From a virus (lineage: Duplodnaviria > Caudoviricetes), in IMG/VR virus record IMGVR_UViG_3300032132_000748: a stretch of 64,000 nucleotides of DNA. The stretch is one strand, 5' to 3'. A program made the position numbers and the translations under genes. Of this stretch, positions 55,595 to 64,000 are shown in pieces (position 1 is the stretch's first letter; the number at the start of each line of letters is the position of its first letter). The notes under the pieces are model-generated. The model made no database searches. It saw nothing but the letters and a program-made list of their open reading frames with translations, and was not told where the DNA came from.

Positions 55595-56551
55595 GTGGAA
55601 GAAAAACTCGTTTTCGATAACACGATTTATCGTGTACGCCACGGTAGTATGGCCTATGGGACCAATATAGCCGGATCGGATATCGATGAAAAGGGGATTT
55701 GCATCCTACCTGATCCCAGCTATTACTACGGATTTAAACGGTTCGAACAAAAAGATGGTGAGTGGGAGGATGGCAATGATCGGGTTATTTACGATATTCG
55801 TAAATTTGTAAAGCTCGCTCTAGAGTGTAATCCTTCTATTATTGAAATTCTGTTCGTTGACGAAGCCGATATACTATATATCGATGATATGGGTCAGCAG
55901 CTTCGTGATAGTAGGGACATGTTTCTCTCTAAACAAGCTGCGCGCAAGTTTAGCGGATATGCTTTTAGCCAACTTCACAGAATTAAGAATCATAAGGTAT
56001 GGCAAGACGGTGAATTAGAGGAACCGAAGCCAGAAGATTTTGTCAAAGTAACTCAACTTACGACCGATAGTAAGAAATTTACTATTGAACTAGACAATCA
56101 TATGTTCGCAGTAAATCCTCCGAAGACTCTTCTTACAAACGATGCAGATATTTCTGTAGCTATTGAGCACTTTGATAAGCACGGACTCCGGGTTGCTAAT
56201 AAAAGATACGGTCAGTACCTTCGCTACATGAAGCATAGGAACCCTAAACGAGCAAAACTAGAGGAACAGTTCGGTTACGATACCAAACATGGGATGCATT
56301 TAATTCGGCTTCTTAGGATGGGAGTTGAACTGATTCGTGATGGTAACGTAATTGTTCGTCGCCCGGATAAGGATGAACTATTAGCCATCCGTAACGGAGA
56401 AGTTTCCTACGATAAGCTAGTTGAAGAGGCGGATAGACTTGACGCAGAGCTTAAGACGGCAATACCAAACAGTCCGCTCCCCGAAGAGCCAGATTACAAG
56501 AAGGCCCAAGAGCTTTTAGTGAAACTTGTTAAAGAAAAACTGGGTAACTAG
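55595..56551 (+). CDS. Pol-beta superfamily nucleotidyltransferase (RlaP/YcgL-like)
   Basis: GSMAYGT..SDIDEKG, NPSIIEIL, FSGYAFSQL, YDTKHGMHLIRL, LLAIRNG. Confidence 0.88.
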   Translation: MEEKLVFDNTIYRVRHGSMAYGTNIAGSDIDEKGICILPDPSYYYGFKRFEQKDGEWEDGNDRVIYDIRKFVKLALECNPSIIEILFVDEADILYIDDMGQQLRDSRDMFLSKQAARKFSGYAFSQLHRIKNHKVWQDGELEEPKPEDFVKVTQLTTDSKKFTIELDNHMFAVNPPKTLLTNDADISVAIEHFDKHGLRVANKRYGQYLRYMKHRNPKRAKLEEQFGYDTKHGMHLIRLLRMGVELIRDGNVIVRRPDKDELLAIRNGEVSYDKLVEEADRLDAELKTAIPNSPLPEEPDYKKAQELLVKLVKEKLGN

Positions 56552-56620
56552 AATGGTAAAGTGTGGTTGAAAGGTTCGCGCCTTAGTATGAACAGCTAAA
56601 AGCTCTCATATGTTATCACA

Positions 56621-56782
56621 GGTTTGACAGATCATTGTAATATTCAAGCAGGAGTAGCCCGGTGAGGTCAATTCATGCATGAAACTTTTGTGGGGTGGCT
56701 GTAATGGTACGCGAGACAATATTACGATGGGGCTGGATGTTTGGTCGAGAATGCATCGCGGGTTCGAATCCTGCTTAAACCA
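56621..56782 (+). ncRNA. tRNA-like structured RNA candidate (~162 nt)
   Basis: GGTTTGA/TTAAACC-A acceptor-like stem, GCGGG-TTCGAAT-CCTGC T-arm, internal 12-bp helix; no canonical anticodon arm. Confidence 0.45.
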
Positions 56783-56802
56783 TAACTAACGAGGTAGCTT
56801 TA

Positions 56803-57087
56803 ATGTCTAAAACAAATGAATTTGATTTAATGGAGTGGTCTGCTCCGAATCTTTGTAACTCCCACGCTAAGCTTGAAGTCAAAGGTTATGATAATGGCGA
56901 CGGTGATGGTCCCCATTATTTCAATTTACATATTGATACTTGTGGTGGCGGGGATTTTGGGGCGTCGATGGATATATCGATTCAGTCAATTGAAGATCTA
57001 AGAAAACTTTCCGAGAGTTTTACTCGCGCTTACCATAAAGCGTTGAGCATTAAGGAGCAAAATGAGTCGCTTCAAAGAAGTACTTAG
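56803..57087 (+). CDS. Hypothetical protein
   Basis: GAGG RBS; 94 aa. Confidence 0.65.
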   Translation: MSKTNEFDLMEWSAPNLCNSHAKLEVKGYDNGDGDGPHYFNLHIDTCGGGDFGASMDISIQSIEDLRKLSESFTRAYHKALSIKEQNESLQRST

Positions 57088-57181
57088 TAACTTTTGGCAC
57101 AGATTGGATCGAGATGAGAAAGCAATTATCGTTTTACCGATGTTGTTGATTCTTGTAATACTTATTAGCGCCTTAGGATGA
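57062..57181 (+). CDS. Small membrane protein (39 aa, not in ORF track)
   Basis: AAGGAG RBS; MSRFKEVLSNFW..IIVLPMLLILVILISALG; ATGA overlap with next gene. Confidence 0.55.
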   Translation: MSRFKEVLSNFWHRLDRDEKAIIVLPMLLILVILISALG

Positions 57182-57402
57182 AAATTGATTTAGGGATAAA
57201 ACCTAAAAAAGAAATTAAACCCAAACCTTCACGCCCCACGTTGACTAATAAACAGCGGAAAGAGGTAATGAAGGGTTGGTACATACACTGTAATAGTAGT
57301 TTTTACGTTGGCTACGGCTGGCGAACATTACCACCCTGCCCGAAATGCAATAAAAAATCCGAGAAAGCAACTCAAGGGCAAGTCTATGATGAGCATTCAT
57401 AA
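57178..57402 (+). CDS. Small Zn-ribbon-like protein
   Basis: HC...CPKC. Confidence 0.55.
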   Translation: MKIDLGIKPKKEIKPKPSRPTLTNKQRKEVMKGWYIHCNSSFYVGYGWRTLPPCPKCNKKSEKATQGQVYDEHS

Positions 57403-57424
57403 AATAACAATATAGAGAATACAA

Positions 57425-58249
57425 ATGCCTAAAGCAGTTAAAGAAAAAGAGCCGCCCGTAAGGTGGTTTAAGTCAAACAAACAATTGGGTGAGGTTAGAT
57501 TACTACCAAGTAATATAGATTCCAGAGTTCTTATCAGAAAACCAAAAAAGGAACACCAGTGCGGCGGTTATGGGAGTTGTCATCAATTCTCAATTGTATG
57601 TATGTTAAACCCAAAAACCAGAACTATAAATAATAATGGTGGGGCGGATAGAGCATACGGGAGTCAAACTAAAGGAATAAAAACTCCTAAGATAATTTTT
57701 CAATATGATTTGAATACTTTGGCCCTTAACGCCACGACTAACATTGGTTACTATTATCGACCAGAGAAAGAAAGAGAAACTCTAGCAGAGATGCTTGAGA
57801 CTCCTATAGCATTTAATTTTACACACGTTTATGATCCAAGCGGATACATGTGTCTAACAAATCGGCACCACACGTCTCCCCGAGTTTTGAACAATATATT
57901 TTGGGATAGTAGTTTCGGCGCTTGTTGGGGTGGAATCTATGGTAATGGTCTCGGAGGAACCTCTAAAAAAGCGTATCATGATTATATTGCTTTTAAAAAA
58001 CCGGAAAGAGATGCAGAACATAAACGTGTTTTGAGTAATTACAAAAATTACTTTGAGACAGACAAAAAACCTACTGCTATATTCTTCTCTAAGAACCCGA
58101 AAATTCTTGCGAAGGCGGGTAAGGAAGGGCTTTTTCCTGGTAAACCTTATGTTGTCGGATTTGCTTGGTTCGCAAAAAACCGCTGGTGGGTCCAACTTAA
58201 GGGTGACGTTTTTCTAAAGCTGACTCCCGAGCAAGTTAAAGCTACCTAA
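57425..58249 (+). CDS. Hypothetical protein
   Basis: 274-aa ORF. Confidence 0.7.
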   Translation: MPKAVKEKEPPVRWFKSNKQLGEVRLLPSNIDSRVLIRKPKKEHQCGGYGSCHQFSIVCMLNPKTRTINNNGGADRAYGSQTKGIKTPKIIFQYDLNTLALNATTNIGYYYRPEKERETLAEMLETPIAFNFTHVYDPSGYMCLTNRHHTSPRVLNNIFWDSSFGACWGGIYGNGLGGTSKKAYHDYIAFKKPERDAEHKRVLSNYKNYFETDKKPTAIFFSKNPKILAKAGKEGLFPGKPYVVGFAWFAKNRWWVQLKGDVFLKLTPEQVKAT

Positions 58250-58719
58250 TGACTACCTATAAAATTTCAGTAGTTATTCAACCCTTTATACTTGAGGGTA
58301 AAACCTTCACGTTGTTCAATGATTTCGTTGTCAGGAGTATTGGCTGGTCTTACAAGTATACTGACGTGGGTATACCTTCTGCCCAGCAGATTCCTGTAGT
58401 TCCGGTTAAGGTTTCAGTAGGAAGTTTTCTAGTAGATGCTATTGATTCAAATAATTTACCTCTGCCCCAAAAAGTAACCGCAGGTATGTTAGAGTGCTCA
58501 GTAATTAATACTAATATAGCCAATAGCCATAAACTAGAAGTTGATATTTACCTTTCTGATAAAGCCGGTTTTAACTCTCACCAACTAATGAGTCGGCCCT
58601 CAATTACTCTTCCAGCCATCAGGCTTAAACCTGCGGCAGGGAGTAGATCAAAGGCTTCTTGCGATTGCTCCTTACAGACTTTGATAGCTCGTGGGTGCCA
58701 AGATCCGAGCCATACTTAA
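58249..58719 (+). CDS. Hypothetical protein with C-terminal CxC-x4-LIxRGCQ motif
   Basis: TAATG coupling; ends CDCSLQTLIARGCQDPSH. Confidence 0.65.
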   Translation: MTTYKISVVIQPFILEGKTFTLFNDFVVRSIGWSYKYTDVGIPSAQQIPVVPVKVSVGSFLVDAIDSNNLPLPQKVTAGMLECSVINTNIANSHKLEVDIYLSDKAGFNSHQLMSRPSITLPAIRLKPAAGSRSKASCDCSLQTLIARGCQDPSHT

Positions 58720-58800
58720 ATAGTGCGAACTTTACTTAGTATAGTTTATTTATCCTAATAAATAAGCACGGCTTATTACAAATTCGATATCTCAGGAGGT

Positions 58801-59115
58801 TTGATGGACATCAAACATTCTTCCCTAATCGAACAATTACTTAAAAATATTTATGCCCATTCTTGCGATATGCGTGACGCTTTTCAGCATTACGTCGAAC
58901 ACTCAGATAGTGTTTTAGTCGCACAGTTGGATAATGAAGTAATGGCTTGTGCGCAGGGTATTGCTTTCGGGGCTCTCGCCCAGGAAGCCAAGCAGTATGT
59001 TTATCGCGTTAACAGTCAGCCACGACCCAAAGGTTTTGGCTGCTCTTATTTCTTTCGCGGTGATGAAAAAGAAATAATTAATCTTCTAAATAAAATCATC
59101 TGGAAAATAGACTAA
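58801..59115 (+). CDS. Hypothetical protein
   Basis: AGGAGG RBS. Confidence 0.65.
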   Translation: MMDIKHSSLIEQLLKNIYAHSCDMRDAFQHYVEHSDSVLVAQLDNEVMACAQGIAFGALAQEAKQYVYRVNSQPRPKGFGCSYFFRGDEKEIINLLNKIIWKID

Positions 59116-59124
59116 GGAAAAATT

Positions 59125-59304
59125 ATGTCGTCATTAAGTCGTGTTGAAAAATTAGATATGTTGAAGAAATTCTTCTTAAATAGTTTAGTTGAGGATCCAC
59201 AGGATGGGACTGAGTTTGATTGTGATGTTCTTGATGCAATTGAGTCTTTAGAGTCTCGATACGCTGAAGAGCAGGCTGTTGCATCAGACGATGTGACTGA
59301 ATGA
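59125..59304 (+). CDS. Small acidic protein (59 aa, not in ORF track)
   Basis: AAGGA RBS; MSSLSRVEKLDMLKKFF.. Confidence 0.5.
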   Translation: MSSLSRVEKLDMLKKFFLNSLVEDPQDGTEFDCDVLDAIESLESRYAEEQAVASDDVTE

Positions 59305-59367
59305 CCTGAGGGTTGCCTGAATAGCCGTTTCTCGATAAGATGGAGAGATACCCTAGGAGGAGCTTTT

Positions 59368-59709
59368 ATGATGAAAGCCAAAGATAAATGTATATTTAAT
59401 TTAGGTAGCTCTAGAGATAGCACTTGGATTGATGACTCTTATGAGGACGGCCATGTTTCAAATGATCTCTGTGACATCCACTCTGAATGGAGCAGCTTAG
59501 ACGGTAAAGAAGTAACCATCGCATCCGTAACGTCAGTTAAGACGGTTAACGGCTGTATTAATGTTGCAAAAGTATTTCTAACCACCTTAGGTGAAGCATT
59601 TTGGTTTACAGCCCTTACTAGCGAGCTAGCTCGTATAGGGGTAGAGAACAGATGCAAGTGCGACCTAGCATTGCTAATAACTCGCGGCTGTCAGTGTGGT
59701 GGCAACTAA
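59368..59709 (+). CDS. Hypothetical protein with C-terminal CxC-x4-LIxRGCQC motif
   Basis: GGAGGAG RBS; ends CKCDLALLITRGCQCGGN. Confidence 0.65.
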   Translation: MMKAKDKCIFNLGSSRDSTWIDDSYEDGHVSNDLCDIHSEWSSLDGKEVTIASVTSVKTVNGCINVAKVFLTTLGEAFWFTALTSELARIGVENRCKCDLALLITRGCQCGGN

Positions 59710-59715
59710 ACATTA

Positions 59716-59844
59716 ATGGCGTTCCTCATCTACGTATTAAAGCTAATTAAATATTATGTTATGGCTTTAGGCTTATTTATTGGAGTACTGATAGTAATGC
59801 CTTGGCTTGTGTGGAATGAGGTTCAGGATGACAGGCAAGAATGA
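59716..59844 (+). CDS. Small membrane protein (42 aa, not in ORF track)
   Basis: Hydrophobic ORF with ATGA overlap into endonuclease V. Confidence 0.45.
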   Translation: MAFLIYVLKLIKYYVMALGLFIGVLIVMPWLVWNEVQDDRQE

Positions 59845-60332
59845 AAGCTTGCTTTGATGTCCAATATAGTGATGACACCGCTCAAGTCGGGTGTCTCATC
59901 TTCCAAGACTGGATAGATGAAATTCCTAGCAACAGTTATTCGGTAACTATTGAGGATGTCGAGGAATATCAGTCGGGGCAATTCTATAAAAGGGAACTAC
60001 CTTGTCTACTTGAGGTTCTCAAGAAAGTAAAAGAGCCTGTTGACACTCTGATTATTGACGGTCATGTTTGGCTCTCTAGTCTGACCGATAAAGGTTTGGG
60101 CGCATATCTCCACCAAATTACTGGGCTACCAGTAATAGGGGTGGCTAAGAGTCAATTTAAAGATTCTGTTGCTACTGAGGTTTTGCGAGGTGAAAGTGCT
60201 CGCCCTCTATATGTGACATCGGCAGGAACAGCAGCTAAATTAGCCGCTGACTGTATTAAGAAAATGCACGGGTCTCATCGTATTCCAACACTATTGAAGG
60301 CAGTTGATCATGTGGCACGTGGATTGAGATAA
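59841..60332 (+). CDS. nfi: Endonuclease V family protein
   Basis: DVQY, YQSGQFYKRELP, IIDG, GLGA, PVIGVAKS, RIPTLLKAVD. Confidence 0.88.
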   Translation: MKACFDVQYSDDTAQVGCLIFQDWIDEIPSNSYSVTIEDVEEYQSGQFYKRELPCLLEVLKKVKEPVDTLIIDGHVWLSSLTDKGLGAYLHQITGLPVIGVAKSQFKDSVATEVLRGESARPLYVTSAGTAAKLAADCIKKMHGSHRIPTLLKAVDHVARGLR

Positions 60333-60354
60333 AAACTTACATCGGAGTTAGATC

Positions 60355-60819
60355 GTGAAGCATAAAAACATAAAAGACTTTAAAGAGGATTTGAATGAGT
60401 TATCAGAAAGGGAAATTAGGGAATTAGCGGCAGATACTCGTCTAAGACTTGGAGATATGGAAGCTCAACTTGCGGAAAGAAATGCTTACGACGAAGTCGA
60501 TGAAGTATTACTAGTCGAGGACGCCAGATGGCGGGCTAAGTGTTTAACCGCACTTAAATGGGAACGACGTAGATACGCCTTGCTCAAAAGAGCTATAGCC
60601 AAACGAGCGAACGTAGACGTAAGTATTCAATATCTGAGGTGTGCTTCAAAGCTATTGGGGAAATTTATTCACGAAGAAGCTCCTACTAAAGAAGATAGAA
60701 AAGCAGCCCTAGGTGTTTTTGATTACTTACGGAGTGTGGCTCCACCTGAAACCTTAGAGATTGAAGCTTCTGAAGAAAAACCTTCTGAAGAATTAACACT
60801 TTCTGTGTCGTTGACATAG
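60355..60819 (+). CDS. Hypothetical helical protein
   Basis: GGAG RBS, GTG start. Confidence 0.65.
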   Translation: MKHKNIKDFKEDLNELSEREIRELAADTRLRLGDMEAQLAERNAYDEVDEVLLVEDARWRAKCLTALKWERRRYALLKRAIAKRANVDVSIQYLRCASKLLGKFIHEEAPTKEDRKAALGVFDYLRSVAPPETLEIEASEEKPSEELTLSVSLT

Positions 60820-60841
60820 AGAACAACATCTGGAGAAAATC

Positions 60842-61231
60842 ATGGTTGGTTGGATAATTTGTGTTGAGGACTCTGTCGCTAAAGACAAAGCAACGAAACT
60901 GGTTCGTGGAGACCGTGAGACTGCGGAGGCTAAGCGAGATTCTTTACAGGAAAAGTATGACGCTATACAGAAGAATCGCTTTAGAGTTGTTATTTCCGCA
61001 CCCGTTAACGAGATTGAATTAGAGAGTCAAGCTAAAGTCAAGTTTACCTTGCCTGATGAGCTTGATTCTAGTCTTATGATGCGGGTTGTTTCTGAAATTG
61101 ATCCCTTTCTTGTTTCTGAAGATGAAAATATGATCGAGCTTGACTCGAACATGCTTCCTGATTTGGAGCAACTTGTAAGAGATTACAACGAAAAGTCGGA
61201 AACTGGTGGGCTATCATTTCAGGTGATGTGA
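60842..61231 (+). CDS. Hypothetical protein
   Basis: GGAG RBS. Confidence 0.65.
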   Translation: MVGWIICVEDSVAKDKATKLVRGDRETAEAKRDSLQEKYDAIQKNRFRVVISAPVNEIELESQAKVKFTLPDELDSSLMMRVVSEIDPFLVSEDENMIELDSNMLPDLEQLVRDYNEKSETGGLSFQVM

Positions 61232-61506
61232 TTCAACCACCCTTAGGTGCGTTTATTAGAATTACGAAACCAACTTTTGGATCTCGTATATCTAAGATGT
61301 ATACACACATAGCGGTACCTGCAGGTACTCTTGCAGTTGTTATAGAACACTGTAGCAATCCTAAGTTTGGTAATTTTCGAGTTGCTACTTTGAAATATGT
61401 GAAAAGCCGTAAGAGATGGGAACAAACAAAAGTTCTTGCCTTTTTAAGTTTTGGAGATGTCTTCAGCCCTACGATCTGGGAACCTGTAGGTTCTCTAACA
61501 CTATAG
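61228..61506 (+). CDS. Hypothetical protein
   Basis: GTGA overlap; followed by terminator. Confidence 0.55.
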   Translation: MIQPPLGAFIRITKPTFGSRISKMYTHIAVPAGTLAVVIEHCSNPKFGNFRVATLKYVKSRKRWEQTKVLAFLSFGDVFSPTIWEPVGSLTL

Positions 61507-61519
61507 CCAAAACTCAAGC

Positions 61520-61551
61520 AAAAATGCCCAGACCTAGGTCTGGGCATTTTT
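61520..61551. terminator. Perfect 32-bp palindrome, intrinsic terminator
   Basis: AAAAATGCCCAGACCTAGGTCTGGGCATTTTT. Confidence 0.85.
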
Positions 61552-61777
61552 TTGTACACTTTTATCTTGCCGTAACTTGTTTGTTCTCGATAATGTTATT
61601 TTGAGACTTTTGTAAACTATTGCTACTTAAGTATTTAGAGAAGGTGTAACATGTAACGTCAAAAAACCGGAATTCCAATCTTCTCTAACATCAGTTTAGC
61701 AACCTGCTGAAGTATATGCAAGATAATTTTAAAAGACTCTTCTCGCTTATTATAGTCTCAAATCCTATAATATAAAT

Positions 61778-62263
61778 ATGAAATGGATAAGACATAAGAA
61801 AAGTTGGGACATTGTTCCAATGCTCATCATAGAGGGAGACGTCGATATCATCACTAAATATATTTGGGAAACATCAGAGTCAGTTGGTGAGGCAGAACGA
61901 GAATTCATGATTGAAGATGAAGATACATGTAAACTCGACCCCGGTGGGATGTATAACATGAAAATTCCACACGCCCAATTTAATATTGATGGTGCATCCT
62001 TTGATATTCAACTTTCTAGAATAGAAGATGTTCTATACTTGATGGAACATGGAAAAGAAAGAATTCCAGGGTATATTAGATTCAGGCAGTGGAGATGGTT
62101 TGTGATCTTACCAAAGCTGATGTTTATTAAGCTCAAAGATAAGTTGAAGGAATTAGAGAAGAGTGATGCGGCAATGAACGCCGAGCTTACAGAACGGAAC
62201 ATCTATGATGATCTTGTTGAGGGTGGAATTATCATCAACGCTAAAAAGAAGCCAAATATTTGA
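61778..62263 (+). CDS. Hypothetical protein
   Basis: 161 aa; TATAAT just upstream of ATG. Confidence 0.65.
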   Translation: MKWIRHKKSWDIVPMLIIEGDVDIITKYIWETSESVGEAEREFMIEDEDTCKLDPGGMYNMKIPHAQFNIDGASFDIQLSRIEDVLYLMEHGKERIPGYIRFRQWRWFVILPKLMFIKLKDKLKELEKSDAAMNAELTERNIYDDLVEGGIIINAKKKPNI

Positions 62264-62507
62264 AAATTCTAGATGTAACAAAAAAGGGTGTAGATGCGAA
62301 ACATATTGGATGTTACAAAATTTGCCGCATAACTCGAAGCAATGAAATGACTTACGTAGGGTCCCCAAGGTGTAACATGAGATGTAGATGGTATATACCC
62401 TCATCAGAAGTTTTTCGGAACCTCACATTTGTAAAAAATACTTTCAAATAATTTCTAAATGGTGACCAACTTAAAATTCATTCGTAGTAGTTGGACCGTG
62501 AAATACA

Positions 62508-62785
62508 GTTACGGTGTTACACCCCACTAAAAACAGCTTTCGTTGGCTAAAAAAAGCTATTTCGCGTAACTAGCCATTAGTTACACTCTAGTTACACTCT
62601 AGTTACTATTTGTTACACCTCAAATATGACATATAAACAGATGTTACATGAAACATATATATCTATTTATTTTAGTACTTAATAAGATGTACATCTAGAT
62701 ATCTATCTAATTTAGTTTCAATTGGTCATATTCATCGTCTGTTAGGGGGTAACTTCCCGAGTAAGGTCTAGTTACTAGTGGTTAC
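62508..62785. repeat. GTTAC/GTAAC repeat cluster, replication-origin candidate
   Basis: 11 copies in ~280 bp including tandem TAGTTACACTC units, flanking an AT-rich tract. Confidence 0.7.
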
Positions 62786-62834
62786 GGCCATATCTGGCTA
62801 TTGCAAATATGTGAGACATAGATAATATCTATAT

Positions 62835-63182
62835 ATGAATGATATAGGGGGCATCCCAGGTTTTCAGGGTGGCGTAGGAACCGCACCACATATTGCATTA
62901 GGCACAACCACAGCTTCAACCATTGGCTGGGCCAGAGTCTATGGCGACGCTATGTTCCGTTGGCTGATGGCTAAGATGGAAGAGGCTCAAGAACTTGGCA
63001 ATGATTCTGATCACGCCTACTACCTAAGTAGGTGTGAAAGCTTTAATGAGGATTTCTTCGGAGAGATGAAAAAACATTTCACGAAGCTAGCAGGTAGGGC
63101 AGAAATTTTTTCCAAAAAAGATATGGAGATTTACAGAGAACAGGCAATGCTATTCGACTTCTTGCTGAGTCTGATTAATTAG
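62835..63182 (+). CDS. Hypothetical protein
   Basis: 115-aa ORF. Confidence 0.6.
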   Translation: MNDIGGIPGFQGGVGTAPHIALGTTTASTIGWARVYGDAMFRWLMAKMEEAQELGNDSDHAYYLSRCESFNEDFFGEMKKHFTKLAGRAEIFSKKDMEIYREQAMLFDFLLSLIN

Positions 63183-63216
63183 ATCGCGAAAGGTGCTGAT
63201 TTGATAATATACACAT

Positions 63217-63405
63217 ATGCGACTCCAAAGATTCATCCTCGATAACAACTATCGACCAAAGTTTGAAAATACAAAACCTCTCCGCAGAAACCCTAGAAGG
63301 TTTCCTCGCGAAAAGGCTGCATACTGCTTTAATCCTCACCCAAGCTATAACAGAGATATTTATAGCTGGTCAGACTACCTGAGAGGGAAACATCGATGGA
63401 AGTAA
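63217..63405 (+). CDS. Small basic protein with RRNP
   Basis: 62 aa, LRRNPRR. Confidence 0.5.
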   Translation: MRLQRFILDNNYRPKFENTKPLRRNPRRFPREKAAYCFNPHPSYNRDIYSWSDYLRGKHRWK

Positions 63406-64000
63406 TTCTACCCACTATTGAGGACTTCAACGAAATCCCAGCCGTTACCCTGACTACGGAACAATTAGAGGACCTTCAACATAATGGATGGAGAGTCCGG
63501 TGGTCCGAGCGTCGCCTTAACTATCGATCAGATTGGGACCTGTGGATGGGGTTCCGAGAGTTCGTTCAAAATGCTTTAGATGAAACTCAAGGTGTTGAGT
63601 GTAATTACGATATAGATTCTGGCACGTCTTATGTAGTTGACTATGGCGGCGGATTCAAGCCCATACACCTCTTACTTGGAGAGGTAAAAACATTTAGTTG
63701 GGAAGATAAGTATTGTGCTCGCGGTCATTTCGGAGAAGGGATGAAGATCGCCGTCCATCCCTTCTTAAGAAAGGATAAAAGAATATTCATTCGCACAGCA
63801 GGTTTCGACTTCACATTTGCGTCAGCACTTTACGAAAATAGTGATGTTCCTGTAGTCATTTCTTTACAGAGACCTAATAACTTCACGAAAGGTACAGTAG
63901 TGGCCTTAGAGGCTTTCGATTGCAGACCTTACCTAGAACGCTTTACCTTATCCCTGCCACCAAAAGAAATATTACTCAGTATTCAAAGCAATAGGCATAA
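63396..64000 (+). CDS. GHKL ATPase domain protein, truncated by window end
   Basis: Own translation: REFVQNALDE, VDYGGG, GHFGEGMK; open to position 64000. Confidence 0.8.
   Translation, partial: MEVILPTIEDFNEIPAVTLTTEQLEDLQHNGWRVRWSERRLNYRSDWDLWMGFREFVQNALDETQGVECNYDIDSGTSYVVDYGGGFKPIHLLLGEVKTFSWEDKYCARGHFGEGMKIAVHPFLRKDKRIFIRTAGFDFTFASALYENSDVPVVISLQRPNNFTKGTVVALEAFDCRPYLERFTLSLPPKEILLSIQSNRH

Noticed and set aside
56621-56782. Canonical tRNA or tmRNA
   Set aside because: No proper D and anticodon arms, too short for tmRNA, no G3-U70 alanine pair; kept only as a tRNA-like candidate.
62260-62451. 63-aa ORF
   Set aside because: TTG start, no RBS, lies in the GTTAC-rich region; probably non-coding.
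1-64000. Stop-codon reassignment
   Set aside because: Conserved enzymes are intact in code 11, and TAG, TGA and TAA all end genes at expected domain ends.
1-64000. Eukaryotic giant virus (NCLDV) origin suggested by PLOD, collagen and peroxidase
   Set aside because: Shine-Dalgarno sites, sigma70 promoters, coupled operons, lipoboxes and bacterial-type DnaK indicate a bacterial host.

Overview
This window looks like part of a large prokaryotic dsDNA virus genome (genetic code 11, dense ORFs, sigma70-like promoters, intrinsic terminators, no rRNA or core housekeeping operons). I recognise no HK97 capsid, terminase, portal or tail genes. Instead there are two tandem ~85% identical ~187-aa beta-rich proteins that I infer to be single jelly-roll (SJR) major capsid proteins (43577-44818), a third diverged paralog (34442), three further SJR-like proteins (19188-20956), about 20 proteins with a C-terminal membrane anchor, histone/protamine-like proteins and a transglutaminase-like Cys enzyme. 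Together these suggest an unusually large tailless virus with an internal membrane. The DnaK resembles planctomycete DnaK, which is a tentative host hint. Auxiliary genes include speE (two copies), speD, sod, rfbB, cysC, dnaK, patatin, four glycosyltransferases, a DNA methylase, endonuclease V, an RlaP-like nucleotidyltransferase and NFACT-R. The best candidate for an undescribed system is a fibre-building module. A Thr-rich collagen, an animal-type heme peroxidase and a glycosyltransferase share the same unnamed ~90-aa domain, and two PLOD-like lysyl-hydroxylase domains are encoded next to the collagen. Other notable signals are a recurring [FLY]xG[FLY]G[DEQ] tag on ~25 proteins (including enzymes), an RRNP motif, about 11 genes with leaderless-type promoters, a terminator in the capsid operon leader, a tRNA-like RNA and a GTTAC-rich origin candidate. 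All family assignments come from reading motifs by eye; no database searches were run.
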